Assembly (NCBI GenBank): GCA_012295275.1
Contig: CM022666.1
Coordinates: forward strand, 13,516,001-13,580,000
Origin: Chrysomallon squamiferum
Taxonomy: Eukaryota; Animalia; Mollusca
DNA length: 64,000 bases
Direction: 5' to 3'
Made by a program: the position numbers and the translations under genes. The notes beneath the pieces are model-generated. The model was given only the letters and a program-made list of their open reading frames with translations. It did no database searches and was not told the origin of the DNA. This document shows, piece by piece, positions 40,624-55,561 of the stretch; positions within the stretch are counted from its first letter, which is position 1; the number at the start of each line of letters is the position of its first letter.

Positions 40624-43511
40624 TAATTTAATAAAAATAAATTTGTAACAGTTTGGAAATCTCTGATCTACCAATGTAACATTAGACTAATCTACACAAA
40701 ATTACAATGAATATTAAATGTAAAAATATGGCTGAAGCTCATTGTTGTCCAAATCATTATGCAGAACCAAGTAGACTAGTCTGTGTGTTGTTTAGTTGTA
40801 AATACTGCAGTGTCATGAGATTAACTGTTGTTCCTGTATGTATCAGCAATATAAGTTTTGTTGTTATGTCCTGAACCTCTCTTGTTGTTTGTTATTTGTT
40901 GCAGAATACAAAGAAAGACATTTCTTGTTCCATCAGTTTGGGTGATGTCTTCATTAATACATTTTTCACTCACTCACTCTTTCTCTTGTTCATTAATTCA
41001 CTTGCACACAAACATACACATAAATAAAATGGTCCCTTACTCATGTCTGCTGACACAACTTGATGAGTTGTGTTTTTAAATTAGTACAAAGTATTCTTTT
41101 TACATACATCTTTTCATAAACTGCAACGCACATGCAGTTATGTTTACTGACAAAGAAAAGGTGACAGTTTTGTGGAAAGGAAAATAAAATAAGTCAGCAA
41201 ACATACAAATGATAAATAATTGTGATCTGTTAAGTCTCTCCAACATACCACAGAGCTTTTGCCGATCCGGCCAATGCTCCATCACTTGATATATCAATGG
41301 CTGTGACAGAATGCTCGGCTATCAATAGCATTCAGTAATCTTGGATTAAAATTCTAAAATGGATGTGTTCAGAGTTAGTGCTGTTACTCGACAGTCATGT
41401 TTATCTGTCGTCTGCTCTCTTCAATGTGCTGTATGAATAATTAATGAGAAATTCCTGAATTCTGATTGGTTAAAACAAACTGCAATCATTACTGACCACT
41501 TTGGTCTATCTTTTTATAGCCAGTCTGATAAAATGTGGCATGGGAATAATTAGTAAACAGCAGAAACAAGCAGGAATGATTCAATACAAAGTGAAATGTG
41601 ACATGTAATGATACAATAGAAAGAATTACAAATACTGTTGTTTCTACATAAATAAATAAATAGTACTACTACTACTACTACTACTAATAATAATAAATAA
41701 TAATATCAATAAAATTAAATATACAAAGAACAATTCTTTTTAATATTTATACAATATATTTTTTAATTTAAAAGAAAAGTTCGCAGTTTTAATTTTTGTT
41801 GTTATCAAGTTTAATTTTGTTGCACATATTTCTAAACACACAAATACTTTACACATCTGTGTTACAGGACATCTCAAGTTAAACTCACTCAAGTTATGAA
41901 CAGAGAAACTGCATGTGATCAAATCTTCTAGTACAAGAAAACAAAAATAAATCCACATAAAATGTAAATATTAGTTTGTTATTTTGGTGTTTTACTGCAT
42001 TTTAAAAATATTACAAGCAGAGTAATGGATGACAACAAAACATATCTGGCAAAGAAAGAAAATCACTGATTTATTTTCAGAAATGAAAAAATATTAAATA
42101 ATGTAAACCATATTTTTATGTATACACATCAGCAGTTACATATACATTTACATTAATACATTATTTATTTGATCACACACCAACACACACACACACACCA
42201 ACACACACACACACACACACACCAACACACACCAACACACACACACACACACACACAGTTTTTATTTTAAAACATCCAACTATTGTATTATTTACAACAG
42301 TTACATTTGTTGAGCACAAAAACATTTCTAAGTTTAATGTTCATGTAAACATTTAAAGATTACTATATAAACAGTTGAGCAAATTTCTCAGGTTTTTATT
42401 ATTATTAATTTTTTCTTTTTATATTATTTATTTAAGAGTTACTCTCCAGTTTGATTTTTTTTTTTTCCACATGTATTATGAATTTACCTTTTTAGACCAA
42501 CTTTTTGAAAACTAAATGCCTGGATTAGAAAGTTCTGAGTATTAGTCAGCTGATAATACTAGTAATACTTCAGTTAAATCTGAAATTTTCAAAACCACCA
42601 TTATTCTAACCCCAGTGCAGTCTTATTTACATTTCACTACACTCTTTAACACTGTACATGTATTAAACAACTCTGTAAAACAACACATTTTATTATCATC
42701 ATTGTCATCATCATCATCATCATCATCATTTTCATCTTAGAAAAATATTCACTAAAACTGTGCCAATATAGAAACTGAACTAAATCTATCTATCTGTCTA
42801 TATATATATATATATATATATATAACTGATTGCACAAATTGATGTTACAGGTTGATATATAAATATATATGTTACAGAAAGGCATATTATCAGGAAATAT
42901 GTCTAATTCATGAAATATTCAGAAAATACACATATAATATTGGACTCACTCAGGAGACTGGTAATGCTATGGTTGCAAACAGATCATCCTCTGACTAGAA
43001 TGAACAGAGAATTTCAGGATGGAGGTTAGATGATGACAGTGTGAGGACCAGAATCCAACAGTGCAGCAAATTGTGAACACTTGATTCCACTGTGAAGACT
43101 GGAGTTCTGAAAGTGAACAAATCTGAGTCCAGCAGTCTATTCAGTTACAGTGTCATGTCCTGACCTATAAACAAAGATGTCCTCCCTTGCACAGTTTTCT
43201 TTTTCTACAGAACTTGGCTCTGTACATGTCTAGGTTTCCCATGAAACATCACCAACTTTGGTCTCATTAACTTTGAGTTCTGTGGTTACACATATTTTCT
43301 GAAATCTTCAGGATTTACACATAATTCCTGTAACATATGTATATATACACCCATATATATATATATATATATACACCCATATATATATATATATATATAT
43401 ACACCCATATATATATATATACATATACACACACACACACAAATAAATAATATTAAAGGTCGATTTTTAAAAAGATTTTCATAATCACTGTTTGTGTATG
43501 TATGAATATAT

Positions 43512-43544
<33 letters not shown>

Positions 43545-44925
43545 TGTACACAAAGGCAATTCAGTTCTGTACACATTAACTCATCACATACAGAGAAATA
43601 ACTTGAGACCAGTACATTATCAATACAACCAGAATGAAAAATATTGCAACACTGTAAAACATACATTTTAAAAATAACATATGCATCTATAATTATCACA
43701 AGTTATAAATAATGTAGTAATTGCATAGTAAAGCTGCCTGCCTACTGTTGCCATGGTTACATAATATCTTTTGCAAGTTTTTACCTCTTTTCTGCTCTCT
43801 TGCAGAAATTTATTAGTGTCCGAAGAAATTAATATTTAAAAAAAAAAACGTATTTTTGTTTGATCTACTTTTCTTTGTGTTCATGTAATATTACAATAAT
43901 ATTTTTAATAAACTACTGCAAAGAAAATTTTAAATTTTTGTATGTATTTTATACATGTAATAGCCAATGTTTTAAAACTGCCATACAGAAAATATCCTAA
44001 ATTTATTTATGTTGTTATTTGGACATTTCAAAAAAAAAAAAGAAAAAAAAAAAAAAGAAATTAGAAATTTCATGAATTTGCTGTACTCTATTTAAAGTTT
44101 TGGTTCCATTTCCTGTTACCACAGGAACATTATAAAATTACAAGGTTTCACAAATTTTTGTCATGCCAAAAATATGTTATATTACAAATTTTATAAACAA
44201 TATTTTAATGTTTTTAATGACTGCACCTTAAAACTAACATCTTCAATAATTTGTATATAAAAAAAACTTATTATTTCTTACATAGGACAATTAATTTATT
44301 TTACTGTATCATGATTACACACTGAAACTGTACAAGTTTAAATAATTTATCCAACTAGAATCTGTGTCAGTTGTTATCTAAATTGTCAACTAATATGTCT
44401 GTCCATAAATCTTGTTACTTTCTACCTATATTTTCTCTCACCCATTATATCTAAATATCAACGGTTTATAGAACCTTTATGAAGTTTTATCTTTCTTTTT
44501 TGTAGCTATCAAAGCAACATGTTGAAAAGATAAAATTGTTAATCTGCTAGGCAGAAAACTGAAAGGATGTATCTACTTTTACATTATCACACTGTGTTTT
44601 AATAAACACTGAAACTTTTATACAATTTTATTATTTAATTTTACATTAATCTTTCCACATCTCTGACACCCAACAGCTGAACTGTTTTTCAAACTGGGGT
44701 GTCATTTAACACTCATTCATTCATTCATTCTTTCACTCATTCATTTATTCATCCATCCATCCATCCATTCTACTTTCACATTTAGTTTCTAGCTCTCTTT
44801 TCTTTTCTTTTCGTCTTAATCTGCATGACAGAAAATAATATTAAGTTTTCCAATTGTTTTTCTTTATTTTTGTCATGGATTTTTTTAATACTTTTTTTTT
44901 AATTTGCTGCAAACACCATGTTGTA

Positions 44926-47564
44926 TCAGGTTTCTTCATGTTGTTCTCTGTTTTCTCCCTGGTACCACTGAAGTGACCGACTGACCGCTCGCTCCCACTC
45001 ATGGAAAGTGTCCTTGTATTTCTTCCACGTTGGACGAGGTTCGTAGATGCAGTGAGATCTTCGCAGACTACACAACTGTTCCTTGTTCTCCCAGATACCT
45101 GAAATCAGTTCAATAGTCTCTCTGTATTCTACAGTATTTATTAATAGTGATTAACAGTTTAGCAGTTTAACAATGTAGCTATTTAACAGTTTAGCTATTT
45201 AACAGTCTAACAGTTTAAGTTTAACAGTTTAGCTATTTAACAGTTTAACAGTTTAGCTATTTAACAGTTTGACAGTTTAGCAGTTTAAAAGTTTAAGAGT
45301 CTAACAATTTAACAGTTTAAGAGTTTAACAGCTTAACATTTTAACAGTTTAACATTTTAACAGTTTAGCTATTTAACAGTTTAACAGTTTAGCTATTTAG
45401 CAGTTCCACAGTTTAACAGTTAACAGTTTAACAGTTTAGCTATTTAACAGTTTTACAGTTTAGCTATTTAACTATCTGACAGTCTAACAGTCTAACAGTT
45501 TAACAGTCTAACAGTCTAACAGTCTAACAATTTAATAATCTCACAATCTAACAATTTAACAGTCTAACAGTCTAACTCACCTGTTGCTAGCCCGGCTAGG
45601 AAGGCTGCTCCGAGACTGGTCATGTCTGCGTGCTCCGAGCGATCCAGCGACTTGTTCACCAAGTCTGACATCAGCTGCATCAGAAACTTGTTGTTACCCA
45701 CACCCCCATCCACCCTGCAATACAGTAAAAAACAAACATTTAGACACCCACATCCACCCTGAAACACAATAAAAAACATTTAGACACCCACATCCACCCT
45801 GCAATACAGTCCAAAACAAACATTTAGACACCCCCATGCACCCTGAAACACAATAAAAAAAACATTTAGACACCCCCATCCACCCTGAAACACAGTACAA
45901 AACATTTAGACACCCCCATCCACCCTGAAACACAGTAAAAAACATTTAGACACCCCCATCCACCCTGAAACACAGTAAATAAACGTTTAGACACCCCCAT
46001 CCACCCTGAAACACAATAAAAAAAACATTTAGACACCCCCATCCACCCTGAAATACAATAAAAAACATTTAGACACCCCCATCCACCCTGAAACACAATA
46101 AAAAAAAACATTTAGACATCCCCATCCACCCTGAAACACAATAAAAAAACATTTAGACACCCCCATCCACCCTGAAACACAATAAAAAAAACATTTAGAC
46201 ACCCACATCCACCCTGCAATACAGTCAAAAAAAAACATTTAGACACCCCCATCCACCCTGAAACACAATAAAAAAAACATTTAGACACCCACATCCACCC
46301 TGCAATACAGTCAGAAACAAACATTTAGAGAAAAATGTATGATATTGTGTATTTATTCATCTAAGTTTATTGCCTTCAACTTTTTCAGAGAAAAAAAAAA
46401 AGAAGACAATAACAAAAGACAAAAAACTAAAACCCCCACTAAAACCTAAAATGGTTAATGCTTGCAGATTTAAATATTCTTATGTGAAAATTTAACACAT
46501 AACACTATTCATTGTAAATGAAATCGGAAAGAAGCACAGTCTGTGTTTTCAATTATCCAACAATTAACAGAAAAAAAAGAAAAACAAAAAAAGATATTGA
46601 CACTCCCATCAGGAAAGAAAAAGAGGCTAACATGGTTTTTCTGTTTATTTTAGGATTTACATTGTAACACCAGACATCAATTTTTAGTACTCTACAAGGA
46701 ATCAGTGACTTGGTATACCATGACAGAGGTAAAACAGACAAATAAATAAATAAATAAATAAAACTGCTGAAACTGTGCTGCCTACTAATAGATTTTAGAT
46801 ATTGTTGTTAATTTTCACAATTTTAAACTTTATAACTGACACTGGATGAATAAGGTAAATCACAAAAAACTGCTAAAACACAAAGCCCTACAAAATTTAA
46901 TTACATCATAAATTATGATTCATCAAGCAGTAATCATTTTGTCGTGAATAATTCTGTCAGTACGGATTTTTCAGAAGCTGTTTCAAACTAAACTGACCTC
47001 ATGTTTGATATTGGTATTTTTGTCTCTGCCAGGATTGTCTCATACAGGATTTTGAAACGGAAAGCGATGGACTCGAGGATTGCGCGGACGATGTGAGCCT
47101 TTGTTGTGTCTGGTCGCATCCCAATCATAGACGATGTCGCGCCGTCGTCATTGATTGGTGCCTGCAGATAAAAAACATTTCATAAATTAATTATAACTAG
47201 CAGCTGATACAGTTTATAAATTAAGTATTTAAATTGATTATATCTGACAGTTTATAAATTTTATAAATTAAATATTTAAACTGATGATATGTGAGTTAAT
47301 ACATTTTTTAAATTACGTTTTTTAAAGTAATAATATATATCAGACTAATCGTTAGAAAAAGATTTTAATTTACTATTTTTAATATGTAAATTTTTTAATT
47401 TACTATTTTTTCCTTGCAAAGAACCATGTTAGGACATCATAACGTAAAAGTAAGATTACTAGTAACTGTCTGATTTGATGTTTGTTTTACTGAGTAATGT
47501 AACAGTTCAAACCTGCAGTCCACTGAAAGCTGGCACAAAATACACACCTCCACTGTCTGAATTA

Positions 47565-47623
<59 letters not shown>

Positions 47624-50396
47624 ATTAGTTTCCTATTTCAGTATTTTCTATATTTTACTGAGTATGAATCAAATACAATTTAACTTAAAAAGAATAAAAA
47701 TAAATTATCAATTTCAATACTAACTATAATTTACTAAGTACAAACTTAACACAGTTTAACCTAAAGTCATAACCTCACATATACTACAAAAACAAAATAA
47801 TAAATAAATAAATTATAATGATCAAATAAATATAAAAATGAATCAATAATTAACCCTTTGAACTCTGAACTCCCTGAATTGCCTGACAAAATGGCTGAAA
47901 TATGCAGTAACCAGTTTCTAATAATTTCTAATAATTCAGTACTCACTGCCAGATTTCAAAATGTAAGTAAACACAAATTTTCATTAACATCAAACAGATT
48001 TAGAATACTGGAATTATTTTAGAATTATTTGGAAAACGAAATGTGTAACAAAATTTTTTTTTTTTAATTATTTAAAAACTTCTGGTTACCAGGGACAGAT
48101 TCTGCCAAACTTGCTGTGTCAGACACATCTTCAAAGAATCCTGAAAGTAAAAACATTATTTTTAAACATCAGCACAACAAAACTAGATACACTGGTATTC
48201 AATATGCAAACACAAAATAATCTCTCTCTCTCTCTATCTTTCTCTCACTCTCATGCTCTCTTTCTCTATTTCTCTGTGTCTCTCACTGAACAAAATCCAT
48301 AAATCTGATCATCCATTGTAGTAAAATGTGTTGTTAAAACGAGTTATTTAATAGTAGCAGCTCAGCACTTACCGAGAGACTGTGCCCACTCTAGTGTAAT
48401 ACCAGTGTCTGCTGCTATCCCCTCAGCAATGAAAACCATTTCCTTTCCAATCTTCCAGCCAATCAGAGGATACAGACCTGAATTAAATTTTAAAAAATAA
48501 AATTTATAGATTTGTTTGGTTTGTTTGTTACAAATATGGAAAAACAGTTTTAATCAAATACACCTTTCAGTTATTTTTATTATATTATTTTTATATATAC
48601 TATCAACATATCTACAACTGTTGACAATAAATAATAATACAACTTTAGAATGAACATTTATAATTAAAATGTGAAAGTATTCACAGAAAAATGAACAAAA
48701 ATTTAAAACTTGTATTTAAATGTTGTGATTGGTTTAAGAAAACGTTAAATATATTGTAAACGTGTGCATCTCTGATAACCAAACAACTGTATTTTGAGAC
48801 AGGTAAGGGTTCAGCAAACACTACTTCTATGGGCTTTGGATTTAGGAAACTAATTCTTTCGGTGTGAAACAAACACTAGAGTTGCTACAGAATACTGCGT
48901 GACATTTGTGACACTTGACTGCCACGGGCTTCAGTCACACCCTCAAACTGCTCAGTATGTTAACAAACGTCATGTTGTATCTGTCTGAGCGTCTGCAAAT
49001 AGTCACTAATAATTATGTTACTTTATTAAAATTATATGGTTATATTATTAAAATGTTATCATGTTATGACTTACAGGATATCAGCAGTCAAACTCTACAT
49101 CCATCATTACTTTTTGTCTTTATCCTAATTTGACATTCAACAGCAGATGTTTTTGAGTTGGATGTTGTCAGGTATTCGCTAATTTCCCTTTGCCTGTTTC
49201 AGTCTCTTAAATTTAGTCTGTGTATTTCAGTAGCTGTGTATCTATGTACAAGAACTACACTTTAAAATATAAGATACATACAAGAGATATAAAGTATAAG
49301 AGATGTATAGATACACAAGTGAAACCTACCTGCTATAGATGCGTGTGGTTTGCTTCCTGTGTTCAGATCAATAAAAGTTCCTGTTCCGAGAGTACACTTA
49401 ACATCTCCAATCTGAAAACAACACTGACCAAACATGGCTCCCTGCTGATCAGCTACCTGGGATTAAAAAACAGATTTTATCATCTTCTAGCGTAAAATAA
49501 AACACAAACACTCCCCAACATATACAGGTTGATCATCCTGTTGAACACAACAAATTTTAAAATATACATTTGTCAGAGATATCCTGTGCAGTAGTGTTAA
49601 GTTACAAAGCCGTAACAGTAATAACTGTTTAATGAAAAAAAAAAAAATATAATAATAAGACAGGGAATTGTAAGAATAGATCTGCTTAAGTTAGATTTGA
49701 CCATAACAAGGACAATTTTAGAAAATGTATCAAAAATACTGCCCCTTTTGTGTAAGTGTTAATGTTACGGCCATCTTTTTAAAGTTACAAGCTGTCTGAA
49801 AAACATTTCAAAGCAGGAGGCAAAGCAAGAGAGAGATGAGAATTCTTGTTTTTCATCATTCATCATTCATCATTTACACCTTTTGTAAAATTAACAGAAA
49901 CCACTTATATATCTTACATTCATTTCTCGTTTCAGGTTTCAAACACTCATTTCTTAAGATAGGTTTAATTTTGTTTATTTTTCAGTTTAGTTTTAATATT
50001 GTTATTTTTCACCGGAGGTTTGTACTCTCATTTCTCATTTTATGCTTGCCATTCCTACTTCATATTTTATACCTGTTTTATACCTGTCCATGTTGAAATC
50101 AGGTAAGGGAAACATTTAAAACTCACCACGCAGGTTATAGGAATAGCTTCGCCAAGGATGCTCGGATCAGTGTCTCCAAAGTAACCACTGGAAAAATAAA
50201 CAAAAATTAATTGTTTATACATGTAGGAAGGATGAAAAGATTTATTTATTTAACAATACAGTTAATAAAATACTAAATAAAAATATTCTGCTTTTATTTC
50301 TTAAAGCAGAAATACTTTTATTTACTAAATAATGAAATACTGTAATTACACCTACTATCTACATACATAGACACACACACACACACACACATATAC

Positions 50397-50433
<37 letters not shown>

Positions 50434-53400
50434 CACACACACACACACAGACAGACAGTTACTATATTTACCTTGTGTCTCGTACTTCAGGAAACATGGA
50501 CATAGGAATGTTGACAAGATTACAGACAATGGAACTCCATTCTATCTGAAGAAAACAAAGAGGAGAATTAGAAGAATAAAACAAACATGGAAACTGTTTA
50601 ATGTGTTAACGTATTGCTCCATTAACAGCAGTAAAAACAAATACTGAGAAAATATTTTAATCAATTATTATTAAGATTATTATTAGTAGTTGTTGTAATT
50701 GAAGAAGTAATAATAGCAGTAGTAGTATTTTGCATTTTCATATCAAAAGGAAGTAAAAATCATTAAAAAACAAATCAGTGAGAAAATATACAAGTTCCAT
50801 AATTTATTTATTTGTATTCTTTTTCATTTATTTATTTATTATGTTTCTGTGATACAAATGTATTATGACATACCTGTATAACTAACTATACAATGACAAA
50901 TAAATAAAACACATTAATGAATAATGAATTAATTCTCACCTGAAAAGGATCAAAAAGTCCTGTTGAGCTTGCACAAGAATAATCAGTCGCGTGTACCTTG
51001 TTACCTGTCAGTTTCCATACCAACCAGGTGTCAATACACCCAAACATCACCTGACCTTCAGATGCCCTGAGTCGCAACTGAAATAAAAAATAATGTGTTT
51101 TATTTTAACAGTGAAATGGAAAACAACAACAAAAAGCATTAAAAAGGACACAAAATTGTACAGAGAAAGACAGATATCTTGGATGAAATTTTTTTTTTTT
51201 AAATTTAGAAATCTAAAGAAAAAAGAAAACTAACATTAAATAGGCATAAAAAGTCAAATAAATATATTTTAACTGACATTTTAACAATACAGACCTCAGC
51301 AGATTCACTTAAATGTAATGGTTATAGATAATTAAACTGTAAAGTTAATATTTACCTTTGGAATGTTATCCAGTGCCCAGAGTAACCTTAATGTCACCTG
51401 AAATTAATTATAACATAACATTACATTGTGTTTATAATACCCCTAATTCTGCACCTGTTAATTTCTCTACAACAGGTATACCTAGGTGTACAGGCACAGA
51501 CACACCTAAATAAACACACACATATATACATATTTTGTCTCCTTCTCTCTACAATTCTTTCTCAAATACACACAGACACACACATTGTTCCTTCATGTAC
51601 AGTAAAATCTCTGTCTAATTCTAGAAGTGTTAATGACAAGTAAAACATTATTTTATACATCTTTACCTTAATATCATTTAATTTTTCATTTCATGTTTCA
51701 TAATCACTTTCCATTCTGATGTTACCTTTAACGAGATGTTTTTCCTCACCTGTTTGGACATGAACCTGAGAACACTAGCAGCAAGAAATCTTTTTTTCCT
51801 CGTTATCAGATGAAGTAATTTTGAAACTCCATTTAGTCCCTGAAAAACATTTTAATTTATATAAATTACACTGTCTTATCTGTCAGAATAATACAGAAGT
51901 TAGCTAAAAACAGTAAAAAGATTTCAACTGGTTAAAATGTGTAAAAATCTGCATTTACTTCTTTCATCTCTGAAAACAAATTCTCACCCCAAAGAAAAAG
52001 TAAAAAAATTTGAGAATTTTATTTAACGTTTACAAAAACATTAGTGAAAAAAATATATTAATATTTATTCTGATCATAAGAATAACTCACAGTTTCTGAT
52101 TCCAAATAAAATAAATAATAAAATAAACATACACACACACACACATATATAATATAATGTTTGATTCTACATTCAAATAATAATTTACAAAATGATTCTG
52201 GATTCTGAAGAAACGTGATAAACAAGTATAAAGACTGATACAAAGATGGCGTCTGCTCACGTGCATAGTGTAGGACTGGTTCCAGGTCTTCACGTAGTTC
52301 GCAGACCTCAGATCCTGCCAGGTGATCAGGTTGTGGAATGGTTTTCCTGTCTCTCTGCAAACAAGTTTTAAAAATTTATCAAACTGTTTCAGTTCTGGTC
52401 TGTCTCAAAGTACTTTAATATATACTGTGTTAAAAAGTGAAAAAAATAATTTACGATTCTTTCTTCCTCACCCTGTTTTATAATTTTTTTATTATTTCCA
52501 TTTATAAAACCATTCTATAAAATATTACCAGAAACAGTAATTATATAATTTAAATATATGTACTGACAAAGAAATAAGATAAATAAGCACTGACTTGCTG
52601 TTTAACACTAACTTGTCTAAGCACTGACTTGCTGTTTAACGTGTCTAAGCACTGACTTGCTGTTTAACACTAACTTGTCTAAGCACTGACTTGCTGTTTA
52701 ACACTAACTCGTCTAAGCACTGACTTGCTGTTTAACACTAACGTGTCTAAGCACTGACTTGCTGTTTAACACTAACTTGTCTGAGCACTGACTTGCTGTT
52801 TAACACTAACTCGTCTGAGCACTGACTTGCTGTTTAACACTAACTCGTCTGAGCACTGACTTGCTGTTTAACACTAACTCATCTGAGCACTGACTTGCTG
52901 TTTAACACTTACTTGTCTGAGCACTGACTTGCTGTTTAACACTAACGTGTCTAAGCACTGACTTGCTGTTTAACACTAACTCGTCTGAGCACTGACTTGC
53001 TGTTTAACACTAACTGGTCTAAGCACTGACTTGCTGTTTAACACAAACGTGTCTAAGCACTGACTTGCTGTTTAACACTAACTCGTCTGAGCACTGACTT
53101 GCTGTTTAACACTAACTCGTCTAAGCACTCACTTGCTGTTTAACACTAACGTGGCTAAGCACTGACTTGCTGTTTAACACTAACTCGTCTAAGCACTGAC
53201 TTGCTGTTTAACACTAACTCGTCTGAGCACTGACTTGCTGTTTAACACTAACTCGTCTAAGCAATGACTTGCTGTTTAACACTAACTCGTCTAAGCACTG
53301 ACTTGCTGTTTAACACTAACTTGTCTAAGCACTGACTTGCTGTTTAACACTAACTCGTCTGAGCACTGACTTGCTGTTTAACACTAACTCGTCTAAGCAA

Positions 53401-53575
53401 TGACTTGCTGTTTAACTGACCTGTCCCATGTTATAAAAGTTCCTCGCTGAGTAGCGACTGCCATACACCTCAACTGATGTAGCTGCAAACCTGAAACTAA
53501 AACAGTTATATTATTTTAAATTAGAGTTTACATGCATACATACATACAAACATACATACATACATACGTATATAT

Positions 53576-53606
<31 letters not shown>

Positions 53607-53758
53607 CAAACATACAAACATGCATGCTAACATACATACATGCATACATAAATACACATACATACATATATACATATACACAAACATACATACGTATGTA
53701 CATACATACATACATATATACATACATACTAACATACATACATACATACATACATACA

Positions 53759-53790
<32 letters not shown>

Positions 53791-55561
53791 CACATACATA
53801 TATACATAATAAATATTACAAATAATATCTTTGGATATGCACTGAGTGTATTACCCAATAAAATATTTCTTAAAAAGATATACAATAATTATAAACATTT
53901 TTATATGTTGATTAAAAAATATAAAAGTAACATCAGTAATAATAATAATAATAATAATAATAAATCTTTTTTTTTGTTTGATTTATTTATCCATATTGTA
54001 AGTTAATTCAAGTTACTGTACGATTATCATTGAAATCAAAACTTTTACAGTTTGCATATCTAATATTTAGAACTTTACAGAAAACATAAAATATATACTT
54101 ATATAACACCCAGAGTTATATCAATTGTATCTAATAGTAACAGAAAAAAGAACACAACAACACTTTCACAAACATGAATGGAGGTAGATATTTTTAAGAA
54201 ATTATCTTGTAAAAAGAAAATTAAATCAAAACCATAGTTATAGTGAGGATAAGCAGTTATGAAATGTTTACTCAGTCTGTCAGGCATTTTTTTATTTCTC
54301 AATTAAAAAAAAGAAAAAACAAAGAGTATTTTTTTTTTAACATATTTCATTTTTAGCAAACATTGGGAACAAGTTACAAATAATAAAAATATAACTTGGA
54401 ATTAAATAAAAATCAGTAATTTTGGAAATATATAAAAATAACATACATCCGTGTCTTTTTGTTAGTTAAAATTAAAGATGTCCAACCTTTGACACATTCC
54501 TTTATTGATGTGATCACTTGTTCAAACAGTTTGTCTGGATCCATCTCCGCCCAGCCAGCCCTGGGGTGCAGCACCTCCACCTGGTTGTGAGAAATGATTC
54601 ATCAAACAAAATTCAAAAAAATGGATTTAAATAATCAACAGCAGATGCAATGGTTCAGAATAATCCACAGCTGTAAAAATCATCCCCTGGTTTTGCACTA
54701 CATCCGAGCAACCAGCATTTTCTAAATCAGCTGTAAAGTATATTTTATATACACCCATGCACAAACAGGAAAACTAACACCTTAGCAGTAAATGATTTTA
54801 AATGCAGCCTTCCTATAAACAGCATCTAACACTGCCTGAACCAGTTATGTGTAGGAAAATTATAATAAATAAAAGATGGATTGAAACTGACCAGTTATAA
54901 AGTATTTAGTTTGAGTAACAAAAAGATCAGAAAAATTAGTCAGAAGCAGCAAAAGGGAGGTGGATGTAGAATTTTGAAAAGAGATTTTTGTTTGTTTTTT
55001 CAAGCTTCCTTGCAGAACTGAGTGTATCTGTAAACACTAGGATCACTGTTATTTCCCATTCCAAACAGTGACTCACAGAAGGGTTGTTTTTTTCAGATGA
55101 AATTATTCTTGCATTTCTGTCTGTGGAAAGATGATAATAAAAGATCTCCTGTTTCTGATCTAAAAGAGTATCCTATGCGGTTAAAGGCTTAGTCTTTCTT
55201 TCATTAAATTATGACTTTTAGAAAAATGTGTTGAAATAAAACACACTACTAATAATAAAGAATTGATGGGTATGATTTGACACTGATGATTTTCAATAAT
55301 TACAAAATTCTTTATTATTACTATTATTATTATTATTTAAAAACTAATAAACAATTTATCCATATAATTAAATTTTTATAAAATCTTTTCACTGACCTTT
55401 TTGCTGCTTGTTGCTTTAATCTTTGCATTTCTGTCGTAAATGTGACTGCGAAGAACAGTTGTTCCAACATCCAGAGCCAAAACGTAACTGTTTTCATCCT
55501 CTGACCCCGATGACCTTGTGTCAGAACACGACCTTGACACATATCCACCATCTTCAGACAT
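44926..55561 (-). CDS. GK5: Putative glycerol kinase 5 (FGGY family), about 543 aa
   Basis: 16 exons: 55397-55561, 54487-54580, 53421-53496, 52261-52354, 51750-51839, 51356-51397, 50940-51077, 50472-50545, 50127-50187, 49330-49456, 48373-48477, 48090-48140, 47513-47556, 46998-47161, 45581-45714, 44926-45098. They sum to 1632 nt, in frame. Motifs [78 protein letters not shown]. Confidence 0.95.
45150..45577. repeat. Short-unit (TTTAACAG / TTTAGCTA) minisatellite filling the last GK5 intron
   Basis: 8-9-nt degenerate units starting right after the GTGAGT donor at 45580. Confidence 0.9.
45700..46328 (-). repeat. ~42-nt tandem repeat comprising the GK5 exon 15 acceptor plus first 15 exonic nt, 15 copies
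   Basis: Unit on the - strand: CTAAATGTTTTTTTATTGTGTTTCAG|GGTGGATGGGGGTGT; the last copy is the real acceptor (45715-45716). Confidence 0.95.
52585..53420 (-). repeat. 34-nt minisatellite, about 24 copies, abutting the GK5 exon 3 donor
   Basis: Unit GCACTGACTTGCTGTTTAACACTAACTCGTCTAA runs up to the donor at 53419-53420. Confidence 0.95.
53531..53806. repeat. (TACA)n microsatellite
   Basis: Imperfect tetranucleotide run; source of spurious MYVC/HTYI ORFs. Confidence 0.92.

Noticed and set aside
42940-43310. More GC-rich stretch, possibly a decayed retrotransposon 3' end
   Set aside because: Multiple stops and no clear motif; cannot be assigned without a repeat-library search.
52585-53420. 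CRISPR-like appearance of the 34-nt repeat (also the 42- and 43-nt arrays)
   Set aside because: Units are head-to-tail with no unique spacers, there are no cas genes, and the context is a eukaryotic intron.
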